Shown: positions 12,701 to 24,207 of the stretch, one piece after another
Position numbering within the stretch: position 1 is the stretch's first letter
Layout: each line of letters opens with the position of its first letter
NCBI GenBank assembly: GCA_002269645.1
Contig: NIVC01000237.1
Location: forward strand, 434,001-498,000
Direction: 5' to 3'
Length of the DNA: 64,000 nt
Source: Macrostomum lignano
Lineage: Eukaryota
Position numbers and translations under genes: made by a program
Notes under the pieces: generated by a model
Databases searched by the model: none
Seen by the model: the letters and a program-made list of their open reading frames with translations, nothing else
What the model was told of the DNA's origin: nothing

Positions 12701-13277
12701 AATTGTCACTCCTGCTATCTAAAAATTGTCACATTTGCTAGCTAGAAATTGTCACTCCTGCTATCTAGAAATTGTCACTCCTGCTATCTAGAAATTGTCA
12801 CTCCTGCTAGCTAGAAATTGTCACTCCTGCTATCTAAAAATTGTCACATTTGCTATCTAGAAATTGTCACTCCTGCTATCTAGAAATTGTCACTCCTGCT
12901 ATCTAGAAATTGTCACTCCTGCTATCTAGAAATTGTCACTCCTGCTATCTAGAAATTGTCACTCCTACTATCTAGAAATTGTCACTTCTGCTATCTAGAA
13001 ATTGTCACTCCTGCTATCTAGAAATTGTCACTTCTGCTATCTAGAAATTGTCACTCCTGCTATCTAGAAATTGTCACTTCTGCTATCTAGAAATTGTCAC
13101 TCCTGCTATCTAGAAATTGTCACTCCTGCTATCTAGAAATTGTCACTCCTGCTATCTAAAAATTGTCACATTTGCTAGCTAGAAATTGTCACTCCTGCTA
13201 GCTAGAAATTGTCACTCCTGCTAGCTAGAAATTGTCACTCCTGCTAGCTAGAAATTGTCACTCCTGCTATCTAGAAA
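9771..13277. repeat. Tandem satellite, 23-bp unit ATCTAGAAATTGTCACTCCTGCT, about 150 copies, in aprataxin intron 1
   Basis: ATTGTCA recurs at 9781 and 9804 (period 23); several recurring variant monomers. Confidence 0.99.
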
Positions 13278-13699
13278 CAACCGCTAAAAAGACTGTCGTA
13301 TATAATGAAAGTAAGTGCAAAAATTTTAGCGGTTGTGAATTTTCCCGTTTGTGAAACCCACCCGATCTCAATGCACCAACCAGCTCTGCGCCCCAGTGCG
13401 GCTTTGTCAAGCCTCCAAATTTTATCATTACGTCGACTACACTATGTGTCTGCAAGTGATCAACAAGTTTTACCCAGGCGGAGCTTGCGGACATTCAACA
13501 GATGGGACCAGGTCACTATGGACACCCTGTTGCCGAGTTCACTGCTCAAGCCTCGTTATTTGGCAAAGCTCAACTCATTGACATCATCAACTGGCCTCTC
13601 AAACAATCAGGCATCATCCTGATGACGTCATTATCATCAGTTACTTTCAATTATCAGATACTGATAATTGAGTACTTTATCAGTACTCAATGGTCAAAA

Positions 13700-14441
13700 C
13701 CATGGGCTTTGGAGCAACCAATTTAATAATCCGAGCACCATCTCTTAGTCATTTCCAATGTTACTTGTGTCGCATTGGCTGGATGCATTCAACATACACT
13801 GTAGTAGAAGACGGAGAAAGCTTTGTCACTGCTGATGAAGCGCTAGAAGAGCAAGATCATGCAGCACCATGGCTTCACTGTTGACGCTAAGAAATTTGCA
13901 GAACACCATGGTCTTGAGTGGTCTTGAGGGAAGCCACAATAAGCAAAAGCCTAGACAAGCAGTTAATCACTCTGAAGTGCCTGGGAAGAGATGCGGACGC
14001 TAGAGATGTGGTTTGGAACTTGCCAGAGAACATAGCACGGAGGCAGGAATTGGTCCAGTGGCTGACTGATCTGACTTTACAATGTCATCTGATCTATGTT
14101 GATGAAAATCATCCAGGAGGTTTCACCGGATCTTGGCCTGGTTCACCATAAGATCGTGAGCCAAACACTGACTGCCGACCTATTCCAGGTGTTCATCGAG
14201 GAGCTGCTAAACTCGGTCAATAATCTGAAGGCGTCAACAGTGGAGCCACGGTGCTGCATGATTTTGCTCTCCTCAGCAGTGACAAAGACCGTCTTCTTCC
14301 AAAAGCTCGCTGGCTTCCCCATCTTCTACCATGTTGAATTTCTACCATTGGCGTCTATTTGCAGCCAATGCGACACAAGTAACATTGGAAATGACTAAAT
14401 GGGTGCTCGGATTATTAAATTGGTTGCTCCAAAGCCCATGG
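13700..14441 (+). mobile_element. Internally deleted IS630/Tc1/mariner-like transposon remnant between long inverted repeats
   Basis: 13700-13887 is the imperfect reverse complement of 14231-14441. The spacer translates in broken frames to EATISKSLDKQLITLK, NLPENIARRQELVQWL...LIYVDE and SPDLGLVHHKIVSQTLTADLFQVFIEEL, which resemble DDE transposase segments. No clear TSD. Confidence 0.6.
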
Positions 14442-14596
14442 AACTGAGAAATCTATCATTTAGCCCTGGGTTTCCCCACTGATTATTAAATTGCTTGCTC
14501 TTAATATCAAATGGCTTGCAAAAAGATATATACCTTGCCAATTCTAATGCTAATTATTATTATTTACTAATATAAAACTAAAAATAAGAAAATTAC

Positions 14597-14863
14597 CTTC
14601 GGATATTTGTCTGCTATTATAACGCAGACATCGTCCGAGAACAGCGCTTGTCTGTCCGCCTGCATGGCTGACTTCAGCCCGTTCTGCCAACCAAACTGAA
14701 CTGGGCCTTTGCTGGCAGCCGTCGCAGCAGTCATAGCCGGCTTGGAAGTCTTGATGGCTGGCTCGGCAGGCTCTGCAGGTGAAGTTGAAGATGATGAAGA
14801 TGACGACGATACTAGAGCGGCATCGCTGAGCTTTCGCTTCCCTGACGATCTTTTGTCGTTCAT
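14597..14863 (-). CDS. APTX: Aprataxin coding exon 1 (MNDKRSS...GWQNGLKSAMQ...VIIADKYPK)
   Basis: Matches aprataxin GHWSQGLKISM...VVIKDKYPK. Donor GTAATT at 14596; acceptor TTTTCAG ends at 14900. The start codon at 14863 is inferred. Confidence 0.82.
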
Positions 14864-16240
14864 TAAAAGCCTCCAGTAACCGCGATAGGGTAGTTTTTGC
14901 TGAAAATGGAATATTAAACTGAATGAAGAGCAAAGAACAAAGATACATGTATACTTACCCAAGCTACTTGTCTTATCAACAGTTGTATGTGATATAGATT
15001 CCTCAACACTTACAATACCAAGAGCGCAGAATTACAATTTAATCAACAAAATGATTTGAGCATTTATCTACATGAATTTGCTGATATTTCTAGTGATTTG
15101 TTCAGCCAGAGGATTAGACTAGACTTAGCATTTTAAAGATCGGCATCACATTCCATTGAAGTTCAGAAATTCCCGGATTAGTAGTCCTTGAATTTTCTAT
15201 GACCAAAACATAAAAAATGAAGTTTTAATTTAGAGGGTTAATTAATACACCAGCATAGAAGCAAGAGGAGGCTGTGACGGTGTCACTTTGGTCGTTATCC
15301 TATTTGGGGGTTAATCACTTATTGCTTTCTGTAATCTTTGGAGCATCTAATAAAATATGTAATTTAAAATCTTCTTGTGTTGCTTAAGAAAAGTTTGTAA
15401 GTAGCGTAGTAACTTGGCTGAAATTTGTTTTACCAAAGGTTGCGTTTTATATAAAATACAATTTGAATCGGGTTTCTTTGCAAGCGTGCACAGAGCGAGT
15501 GGCCGTTGCCTATTGCACTCCATAAATTAGACTTGATAGATCGATAGGAACTTCATATATCTGCGTAGGTCACTGCGACTATTTATATGCATTGATAAGC
15601 TCATTAGAAGTTGGATTCAAACTCAATTTGCATTAATCTGAGTTCGCCTAGGATTCGGGTGCTACCGCGCCACACGATCGCTGGAAGTTCCCATAGTCAC
15701 ATCAAGCTAATAGCGTTAACTCTCAACCCAATCGCGCCTTTATCTGGCTTTGTTATTTGGTATTATTCGTCAAAAGGCATACTTAAATATAAACAAAACC
15801 AAATAATTCAAACTTTTCTGTCAATACTCGTACGACAAATAATTTTTTAAATTCAAAGCGTATCGAAAGCTTGTGACTATTATTATTTTCTATATAATAC
15901 ATTTATTAGCGTTACCCTAATTAATTACTAATAACTTAGTGCTTCAATTTTTTATCGGAAGACAGAACACAGGTTTGATAGACAGTTGAACAAATTTTAC
16001 AGCTGCTAGGTCAGAAAGCATGACGGACTATGACAGATTTTCATGCCATGCAGCTCAAACCGTGCTTTGAGACGCTTTTTGGCGAATGAAAGCCACAAAA
16101 AAACAAAATACGAGAGTGCAATCTCGCAACTAAAAATTACAAGGTTCGAATGTTTCAATGAGCACAGAGGCACTTGAACGTTTTCAAAGCATACAGAAAA
16201 TTCTTAAGAGACTAACTTACATCTCAATCAAAGCAAGGAA

Positions 16241-16707
16241 AAGAGGATGTGAACCTGGAGTCAAAATGGAACCCGAAACACTCGGTCCCGATTTCTCCAC
16301 GCCAATCTCTTCATTCGGAGCCAAATAGCTCCCGTTATGCCTAAAACCGACCACTTTAGAAACTGGGGATCTCTATGGGGAGAAATTGGATAAATGGGGA
16401 TTTTACTATATGTGCGAAAATGATGTTTACCACCATCCGTCTGGAAACGTCGAGTTAACCTCCACTTCGACGAGGTAGAAATCGTCTGTCTAAAATGTGT
16501 GATACAAACCGCCCCCCTTGACGCTATTTATGTCTCCATCAAGGTGGGGAAACTCAACAAGAGCTAGCATGGGGGATAACACAAAGAGAGTTTATCGTGG
16601 TCATCTCGTCATTTAAGCACTTGAAGCTCAAATGAAGGAATTGGCGTAGATAAATCGGGACCCAATGTTTCGGGCTCCATTTTGACTCTTAAGTTCACAT
16701 CCCCTTT
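16241..16707. mobile_element. MITE-like element with about 75-bp terminal inverted repeats
   Basis: AAAGAGGATGTGAACCTGGAGTCAAAATGGAACCCGAAACA... is mirrored at about 16630-16707. No TSD recognised. Confidence 0.72.
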
Positions 16708-16926
16708 GTCGACAGTTATTAGTAGTTACAATTAGTCGATACTCGGAGATACGTCTAAATGGCGAATTACTGTTCAGATAAATAAATACTTAGTCAATAG
16801 CTGAAGAGGTTTCAATTATTTCATGAACTGACTACTGAAGGCTTCTTTTACAAAAGCACAGATAATATAATTACTAGAATGATGCAAAATAAAAAACACT
16901 ATAGTAACAAGAATTTCTAAAAAAAA

Positions 16927-18105
16927 CTAAAGCCTTCTCAAACACCGAAGACAGGCCTCCTTGTTGGGAATTTCTTCCGTCACAGCCAGATCAAGCGGTG
17001 TCTTGTAGTCATCCAGACCCTCACATTCGCTGTCACGAAATTTAGGATTGGCGCCATGCTTCATCAGCAGAGAAATCAGCTCAGGGTTTCCCGCTCTCAC
17101 CGCAAAGTGCAGAGCTGTCAGACAGGTCGAGTGCTGCTTGAAGTGAACATCAACTGACCCGTTCTCAAGCAGCCACTTGCACACCTCAAAGTGCCCATTC
17201 TGCACGCCCAGCATCAACGGAGTCAATAAGTTGCTGCTTTTAAAACACGCATCAAAATTTAGCTGCAATCGTGGCTTGGCATTACGACAGAAATTATGCA
17301 GGATAGCAAACATTTTAACCTTTCCAGCAGATGAAATGTAATGAAGCGGTGTGTACTTCTTCCTATCAGTCATTTCGAATGCCTCTTTAATTTGAGACAA
17401 GTCTATTCGTTGGGAATTTCTTTGAAAATGATTCATCACGGAAAAAATTATTTCAAGGGACTCATCAAATCTGAGCTCCGTGCACCTGTGAAACACACTT
17501 TTGCCTTCATTGTCGAAGCAGCGATAAATTGTTGCCGGATCGAAGCTCAGGAGTCGCTCAAATACGTCAGCAAAGTCGCGACTGTTCAGATGCACTGCCA
17601 GCATCATCAACGTGTGCCCATACCGAGCATTTCTGTATCCAAGCAGTCTGTCCAGAGACCCAAATCGCTCAGCCTCATTCAGCATCATTCTCGCTGCAGC
17701 TCCATTGCCTGATTCCAGTGCTGCTTCGATCGGAATGTACCCAGTTCGATCAGTCCTAAACAGCATGGACGGAATCTGGCTAACAATCCACTCTACTGTG
17801 CTGCTAGCGTCACCTGACTCGGCATACTTTTCAAGGCCGAGCTTCACAATGCTAGGGTACTCCGCGAACTCTTTCTGCACATTAGGTGGCATCTTACAGA
17901 ATGTCTGCAGCACTTGGCCAGCTGATTGATCAGACAGTTTATCCCGAGGTCCCGAGTCACCTTGCTGAGAAGGCCACGAGTCGATCCTGCTGAAGACATC
18001 AAGCGCTTCTAGAGAGGAAAAGTCGAAAAAAGGTCGGTCTGACTTATCTGCCGACATGCAAGAGAATTTGTAGCTGTTAAATCTGAAAGCCGTTTTAGAT
18101 GACAT
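16927..18105 (-). CDS. Intronless ankyrin-repeat protein, array copy 1 (392 aa; homologous start may be ATG 18057)
   Basis: About 7 ANK repeats, including YTPLHY, LTPLMLGVQNGHFEVCKWLL and LTALHFAVRAGNPELISLLMKHGA; uninterrupted ORF. Confidence 0.9.
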   Translation of the reverse strand: MSSKTAFRFNSYKFSCMSADKSDRPFFDFSSLEALDVFSRIDSWPSQQGDSGPRDKLSDQSAGQVLQTFCKMPPNVQKEFAEYPSIVKLGLEKYAESGDASSTVEWIVSQIPSMLFRTDRTGYIPIEAALESGNGAAARMMLNEAERFGSLDRLLGYRNARYGHTLMMLAVHLNSRDFADVFERLLSFDPATIYRCFDNEGKSVFHRCTELRFDESLEIIFSVMNHFQRNSQRIDLSQIKEAFEMTDRKKYTPLHYISSAGKVKMFAILHNFCRNAKPRLQLNFDACFKSSNLLTPLMLGVQNGHFEVCKWLLENGSVDVHFKQHSTCLTALHFAVRAGNPELISLLMKHGANPKFRDSECEGLDDYKTPLDLAVTEEIPNKEACLRCLRRL

Positions 18106-18572
18106 CGATTTTTCAGGTTTTTCAATTGGAGATCATGGCGATTTCAGCGCTGAAATGTGAAGAATTCGTTTTCACTTGATTTTGAGGGCTGACACAGTCT
18201 GTAACTACGATTTTTTATGACTCGTTTGATCGCAGTGTGAACAATATTTTATGCACCATCGCTGCTTTTTCTAAACTTGGAAACGAAGTTTTTTAGAAAC
18301 TGAAGGAAATTATTATTGCAGAGAGACAGTTCGCACAAGCTACTTTGATTTCACGTGGACGATATATTTATAAAGCAGCGTATAATCACACGCTTGCATA
18401 CGTTTCAGTTTAAAAACTGACTTGTATTAATAAGCTTTTGGAATTGGGAATTCAACGAATTAGACAATGTTATTTGAGCAACTTTGAAAGGGATTAAAGG
18501 TATGTACGCAAAAAGAAAGGAGAAACTATTCTTAGGAGGAGTAAAACCAAATGGGATCTATTACTTAAGAAT

Positions 18573-20210
18573 CAGTGCTGGGCGTTAACTAGTTAATTGT
18601 TTAACTAGTTAATTAACTAGTTAAATTTTTAAAAAAATCGTTAAATTTTCGTTAAATTTTTTATGTATTAACTAGTTAACAAAAATCGTTAATTTTTTTC
18701 TGAAGTTAAAGTTAAATGACAAAAGTTAATAATTCCGGGAAATGGAGTTCCCCGGGTTCAAAATCCGCGGGTTTCAATAGCTTGTATGCCATTAAAAAGT
18801 AAAATTAATACATACATAAAATAACTTCGCCTTTCTAAGCATTATTTAACGCGTCACAAACTACTATTACATGTATATATTTCAGTTACAAGTTATAATG
18901 TATAGAATATTCGGAAGATTCTGGAATCTTCAACTATTATCTATTGATATTCTACCCAAGCACTACTATAAGTTATCGTTGTACATAGGGATGTCGATTC
19001 CCCGGGGAATTTTCTTATCGGGGACCCGGGGAATTTACTGTCATTCCCCGGGGACCCCGGGAAAAAAAATAAGTAAAAAACGGCGGATAACTTAGATCTT
19101 TATAAGTCACTAAGTGGCATTTTTTAAACTTTGATTAAAGCTTTGGATGGACTACATGTTCAAGGCGCAAGGGTAAAAACTTTAAGCAATGTTTGTTTAA
19201 AACTGTATTTGACAACATGGCATCACCAAATCGTGTGCGCACCTTTATCAGAAAGGGTCCAGACTCCGGAGGCGGAAAATGCATACTCAGCAGCTGCACT
19301 CGTGGGAGGATAATTAATGAATGAGACTGTTTTTGTAATCGGAATTTTAATTTCTTGCAGATACATGTAAATCACCATTTTGTCCTGTCTAATACGGAGT
19401 ATTTTGTTATTGTATGATATACCCCCCTATGCGTCAGTGACTGACGCAGGATATGGCGCTGTGCCTGCGTCAAATGTGTCAAGCCGTCAACGCAGACCAA
19501 CACAATAGTCAGTAAGGCTTCTTTTTCCTGATGGGTTTCTACGCTCGTACGTTCAATTTGCTTGATTGAAAGACTCATAGTGAAAAAAACATTCAAACGG
19601 GTCGCTAATTTCATAAGACCGAAATTTCACAACGCCAAAAATTCTGCATGCAATACAATCCTTATTGTAAAGTTTTCTACGATGTGAAATTTCGGTCTTA
19701 TGAAGTTTCGGTCTTGTGAAGTATGGTGTTTCGGCGTTGTGAATTTCGGTCTTATGAACCCCCCCCCATTCAAACGTGTGTTGTGTTTGAAATAATACAT
19801 TGAAATAAGCAGTTTTGCGGTAAAAAAGCATAGACAGAGTTTCAATCAGCTTTCTGTGAATAATTTTCTTATTTAAATGGCAAAAATTTAGTTAAAAATG
19901 CTTTTTTTCTCCCCGGGTCCCCGGTCTAATTCCCAGGGGAGTATTCCCCGACAAGCTCCCCAGGGCGCCGCGACCTGGCCACAGCCGCGCCGCGCCGACC
20001 TGAAATTTAAAAAAACGCGCCGAACACATGTCCGGGAAAATGTCACTTTTTCCGTTAGGGAATTATTAACTTTAACTTTTAACTTTTCAGAAGTTAAATT
20101 TTGGGCAAAAGTTAAATAATTAACTAGTTACAGTTAATTTTTTTGGAGCAATTAAATTAACTTTTTAACTTTTAACGAGTTAAAAAAATTGATTAACTTG
20201 CCCAGCACTG
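18573..20210. mobile_element. Non-autonomous hAT transposon with GTTAA-rich subterminal repeats and nested inverted-repeat remnants
   Basis: TIR CAGTGCTGGGC / GCCCAGCACTG; exact 8-bp TSD TTAAGAAT at 18565-18572 and 20211-20218; no transposase ORF. Confidence 0.9.
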
Positions 20211-20598
20211 TTAAGAATGTTAAAGATTTTCAATTTCAACCAAAGGCACATTAGTAGTACCTTATAACATACACAGACTATGTTGTTAGGTTTTACAGCA
20301 AATTTTCTGATGGGTTGCATTCAGGATACAATTTTGTTTTTCTGCAATAATCCGCTGAAAAATTATAGAAAAGCTACTCAGCAGTCTCAGCTGTAAGCTA
20401 TTCTAGCAATGTCGGGACACGAAACTCTTGCTCGTATAAACAATGCACTGTCAACAGCGCTTACATAAGGACGACATTTTTACAAACAAAAATCCGGCTT
20501 GCTCGTACAAATTGAATCAGCAGGTTATATAAAAGTAAGCTCCTTAACTGAAACAAATTGCGTAGTTAAATGTATGAGCTTTATACAAACATTTCTCA

Positions 20599-21735
20599 TT
20601 ATATATCAGAAGTTCTTAAGCTCTTGACACAGGCCAGCTTATTTGGGACGTCCTCCGTCTCTGCCATAACAAGCGGTGTCTTGTAGCAACAGAGAAGATC
20701 GCACTCGCTGTCACAAAACCCAGGATCTGCGTTGTGTTCCATCAGCAGAGAAATCAGCTCAGGGTTTCCCGCTCTCACCGCAAAGTGCAGAGCTGTCAGA
20801 CATGTCGAGTGCTGCTTGTAGTTAACATCAACTGACCCGTTCTCAAGCAGCCACTTGCACACCTCAAACTGGCCCTTCTGCACAGCCAGCATTAGTGGAG
20901 TGAAAGCCGAGCTGCTTTGGTGGCAAGCATCAAAGTTCAGTACGATTTGCATCTGTGTCAGAAATATATCAAGATCTGTTAACATTGCTATATTTCCTGA
21001 GGAAGAAATATAGTGAATAGGTGTTTTCTCCCGATTGTCTGCTACCTCCAGCGCTGCCTTTGCTTCAGTAGCGATTCGATCCTTGTGCACGCTAGGGAAT
21101 CTCTTCAAAATGGTAAGAATCATGCGAAAGGATTCACAGTAGTCAAACTCTGTGCACCTATGAAGCACATTTCTACCCTCATTGTCGCAAATTCTATGCA
21201 GCCCTGCTGGATCGAATTCAATTAATTTTCGAAGGATGTCCTCGCATTCTCGACTGTTCAGCTTCACTGCAAGCATAATCAAAGAGTGTCCATATAATTG
21301 ATTTCTGTAAGCAAGCAGCCGTTGCAGTGTACCCGCATGCTTTGCAATGTCCAGCATCACTCTTGCAGCAGGCCCATTGCCCGACGCAAATGCCGCCTCA
21401 ATGGGAATGTAACCGCTTTGATCCGTTCTAAACAGCATTTCAGGAATCCGATAGATAAACCACTTCACTGTGCGTCTCGGATCGCCAGACTCTGCGTACT
21501 TTCTGAACGCCTGCTGCGCCATTCCCGGGTACTGGGCGAGCTCTTCTTGAACAGAAGAAAGCAATTTTCTAAAAGTATTCACCTCACTCCCAGGTGAAAC
21601 AACCGATATTTCATTTTGTTTGTAAGAATGACCCCGAAGAGACGGCCAAGATTCTATGCTGTTTAGAGCCTCCAAAGCTGCATCGTCAGCTGGAGCCTGA
21701 AGAAACGGTTCATCAGAATGATCTTCAGTTGACAT
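20599..21735 (-). CDS. Intronless ankyrin-repeat protein, array copy 2 (378 aa, divergent N-terminal half)
   Basis: Same repeat layout as copy 1; shares HSTCLTALHFAVRAGNPELISLLM. Confidence 0.9.
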   Translation of the reverse strand: MSTEDHSDEPFLQAPADDAALEALNSIESWPSLRGHSYKQNEISVVSPGSEVNTFRKLLSSVQEELAQYPGMAQQAFRKYAESGDPRRTVKWFIYRIPEMLFRTDQSGYIPIEAAFASGNGPAARVMLDIAKHAGTLQRLLAYRNQLYGHSLIMLAVKLNSRECEDILRKLIEFDPAGLHRICDNEGRNVLHRCTEFDYCESFRMILTILKRFPSVHKDRIATEAKAALEVADNREKTPIHYISSSGNIAMLTDLDIFLTQMQIVLNFDACHQSSSAFTPLMLAVQKGQFEVCKWLLENGSVDVNYKQHSTCLTALHFAVRAGNPELISLLMEHNADPGFCDSECDLLCCYKTPLVMAETEDVPNKLACVKSLRTSDI

Positions 21736-23085
21736 TTAACGGATTTATAAGGAGTTAGTTTAACGGCTGGCAGGTATTAGTGACACTTTTGTCATTTATC
21801 TCTTCCGTGGTAGCCTCAGTCAATTTTGATTCATCATTTCGCTGAAAATGAAGGGTAAATTGCTAAGCTAGTTAATTATCTATCGATAAACCAATAAAAA
21901 TATTAAATGTAACATTACACAGGACTCCTAATTGAACCACGTACCTGGCTAATATCCATTATTATCAATTATCAATAAATCTACCAGTGCATTTTAAAGT
22001 CACACTAAGAAAACTTATGAGGCGTCACACTGGCGCGCTTGGATGGAAACTACGAAGCTCGCATACTTTGCACGATATTCAAAACTGCCGGTAACCGTCG
22101 CAATTTTGGTGAAGAATCAACAAATTTACATGTTACAATTTATATGCTAATTTACTTTAGAAGTTACGAACTACTCTTTTAAAAGCAAACAAGCACAAGT
22201 GGAAGTAAAGCAAAAGTGAATCCCAATATATAACAGAGGACCTGATATCCCAAACAAATTTGTAATTTAATTTGACGAAATAAATTAAGCGATACGATAC
22301 CTTTTTGCAAGTAGTAGGGTGAACATTTAGAGCAAGGTTTTACCACTCAGTGACAAAAAACCGCTCTAGTAACAAACTGAAAGCAGAGTAATAGCAAAAA
22401 CGAAGTAAATGTCCATTAAATGGACACTCGCTAGGGTACAAGATATGGATTATTTGTATGGAAATTCATAAACTAGCAGAAAATATACTCATAAATAAAG
22501 ACACTGTTCCAGAGCAATTACAAGGACCGCTAGAAGTTACCTTTACCATTGTACAACGGTAATTTCTAGTGGTACTTGTGTAATTAGTAAAAGGGAAAGG
22601 ATCCTTAACAAAAGGCAGTGTAAATATATGATTTAGGTGTACAGTGGCTCAATAGTAAAAGCTCAAGTTGAGTAACTATAGGCTTAAAATGAGAAGGCGA
22701 AATGAGTTTTTAAACAAAAATTTACCTGTAGTTATTAAGTCTTATTTACACTGTCAAAACGTTACAAAAAATGAGCATTCACTTCGAGCATAATCAAAGT
22801 CTTATTCAAACCAATCTTCAAATCATGCTCAAACTCTTGAGCATGGACTCGAGCCCAGAAACTGCTCACACTCAAGAGTCTGAGCTAAGACTCTTGGGTT
22901 GAATGCAATGCAGTTGCTCTCTTGACTCAAATGTATATTGTCTAACAGACTTCCTTGCAGCGATTAGCTCGTAAAAAGCAAAAAATTACCAGATGTCATT
23001 AGCTTTGTGACATACAGTACGAGTGTATCAAGTTCCTTGAACGAACGCACGCGTCTTGAACAAACGCAACCTTGAACGAAGGTTG

Positions 23086-24207
23086 TCATGAACGCGTCAA
23101 TATTTTGATGCAAGCCTGCTTGTTTGGTATATCCTCCGTCTGTGCCATCCCCAGCGGTGTCTTGTAGTCAGCCACACCATCACAGTCGTCGTCGTTATAC
23201 TCAGGATCAGCGCCATGCTTCATCAGCAGAGAAATCAGCTCAGGGTTTCCCGCTCTCACCGCAAAGTGCAGAGCTGTCAGACAGGTCGAGTGCTGCTTGA
23301 AGTGAACATCAACTGACCCATTCACTAGCAGCCATTTGCACACATCAAAGTGGCCATTCTGCACTCCGATCATCAACGGGGTTAAAGACATGCTGCTCTT
23401 AAAGCAGGCGTCAAAGTTTATTTTGATATTTTTATGACGCAGGAATCGCTGAAGACTCTCGAGCATTTCAACATTCCCATCTAACGCGATGTAATGTAAT
23501 GGAGTGTACTTCTTTGAGTCAGTCATTTCAAGTGCATCCTTTAAGTGGCGAGTTTCATCTTTTAAAAACACACTAGAAAGATTTATTAAAAGACCAAAAA
23601 TTATCTGCAATGAGGTACAAGACTTTGACTTTGTGCACCTGTGAAACACATTACATCCGTCCAAATCGTAGCAACGATGTACCGACGTGGGGTCGAAATT
23701 CAGGAGTCGCTCAAATACGTCAGCAAAGTCGCGACTGTTCAGATGCACTGCCAGCATCATCAAAGTGTGCTCATACCGAGGATTTCTGTATCCAAGCAGT
23801 TTGTCCAGAGACCCAACTCGCTCAGCATCATTCAGCATCATTCTCGCTGCAGCTCCATTGCCTGATTCCAGTGCTGCTTCGATCGGAATGTACCCAGTTC
23901 GATCAGTCCTAAACAGCATTGACGGAATCTGGCTAACAATCCACTCTACTGTGCTGCTAGCGTCACCTGACTCGGCATACTTTTCAAGGCCGAGCTTCAC
24001 AATGCTAGGGTACTCCGCGAACTCTTTCTGTACATTAGGTGGCATCTTACAGAATGTCTGCAGCACTTGGCCGGCCGACTGAACAGCCAACTGGTCCTGC
24101 GGGTCTGGACCATTCAGAAGAGACGGCCACGTGTCAATGCTGTTGAAGGCATTCAGGGCATCTCCCTTGTCAATTGGAGCCACTAAGAACACTGTCTCTG
24201 TTGCCAT
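23086..24207 (-). CDS. Intronless ankyrin-repeat protein, array copy 3 (373 aa)
   Basis: Paralog of copy 1; uninterrupted ORF. Confidence 0.9.
   Translation of the reverse strand: MATETVFLVAPIDKGDALNAFNSIDTWPSLLNGPDPQDQLAVQSAGQVLQTFCKMPPNVQKEFAEYPSIVKLGLEKYAESGDASSTVEWIVSQIPSMLFRTDRTGYIPIEAALESGNGAAARMMLNDAERVGSLDKLLGYRNPRYEHTLMMLAVHLNSRDFADVFERLLNFDPTSVHRCYDLDGCNVFHRCTKSKSCTSLQIIFGLLINLSSVFLKDETRHLKDALEMTDSKKYTPLHYIALDGNVEMLESLQRFLRHKNIKINFDACFKSSMSLTPLMIGVQNGHFDVCKWLLVNGSVDVHFKQHSTCLTALHFAVRAGNPELISLLMKHGADPEYNDDDCDGVADYKTPLGMAQTEDIPNKQACIKILTRS

Noticed and set aside
1-13277. CRISPR-like regular repeats
   Set aside because: The units are head-to-tail with no unique spacers, there are no cas genes, and the context is eukaryotic.
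23013-23100. TACAGT-initiated stretch with TTGAACG repeats abutting the stop of ANK copy 3, a possible mariner end
   Set aside because: No partner TIR found; too short to support.
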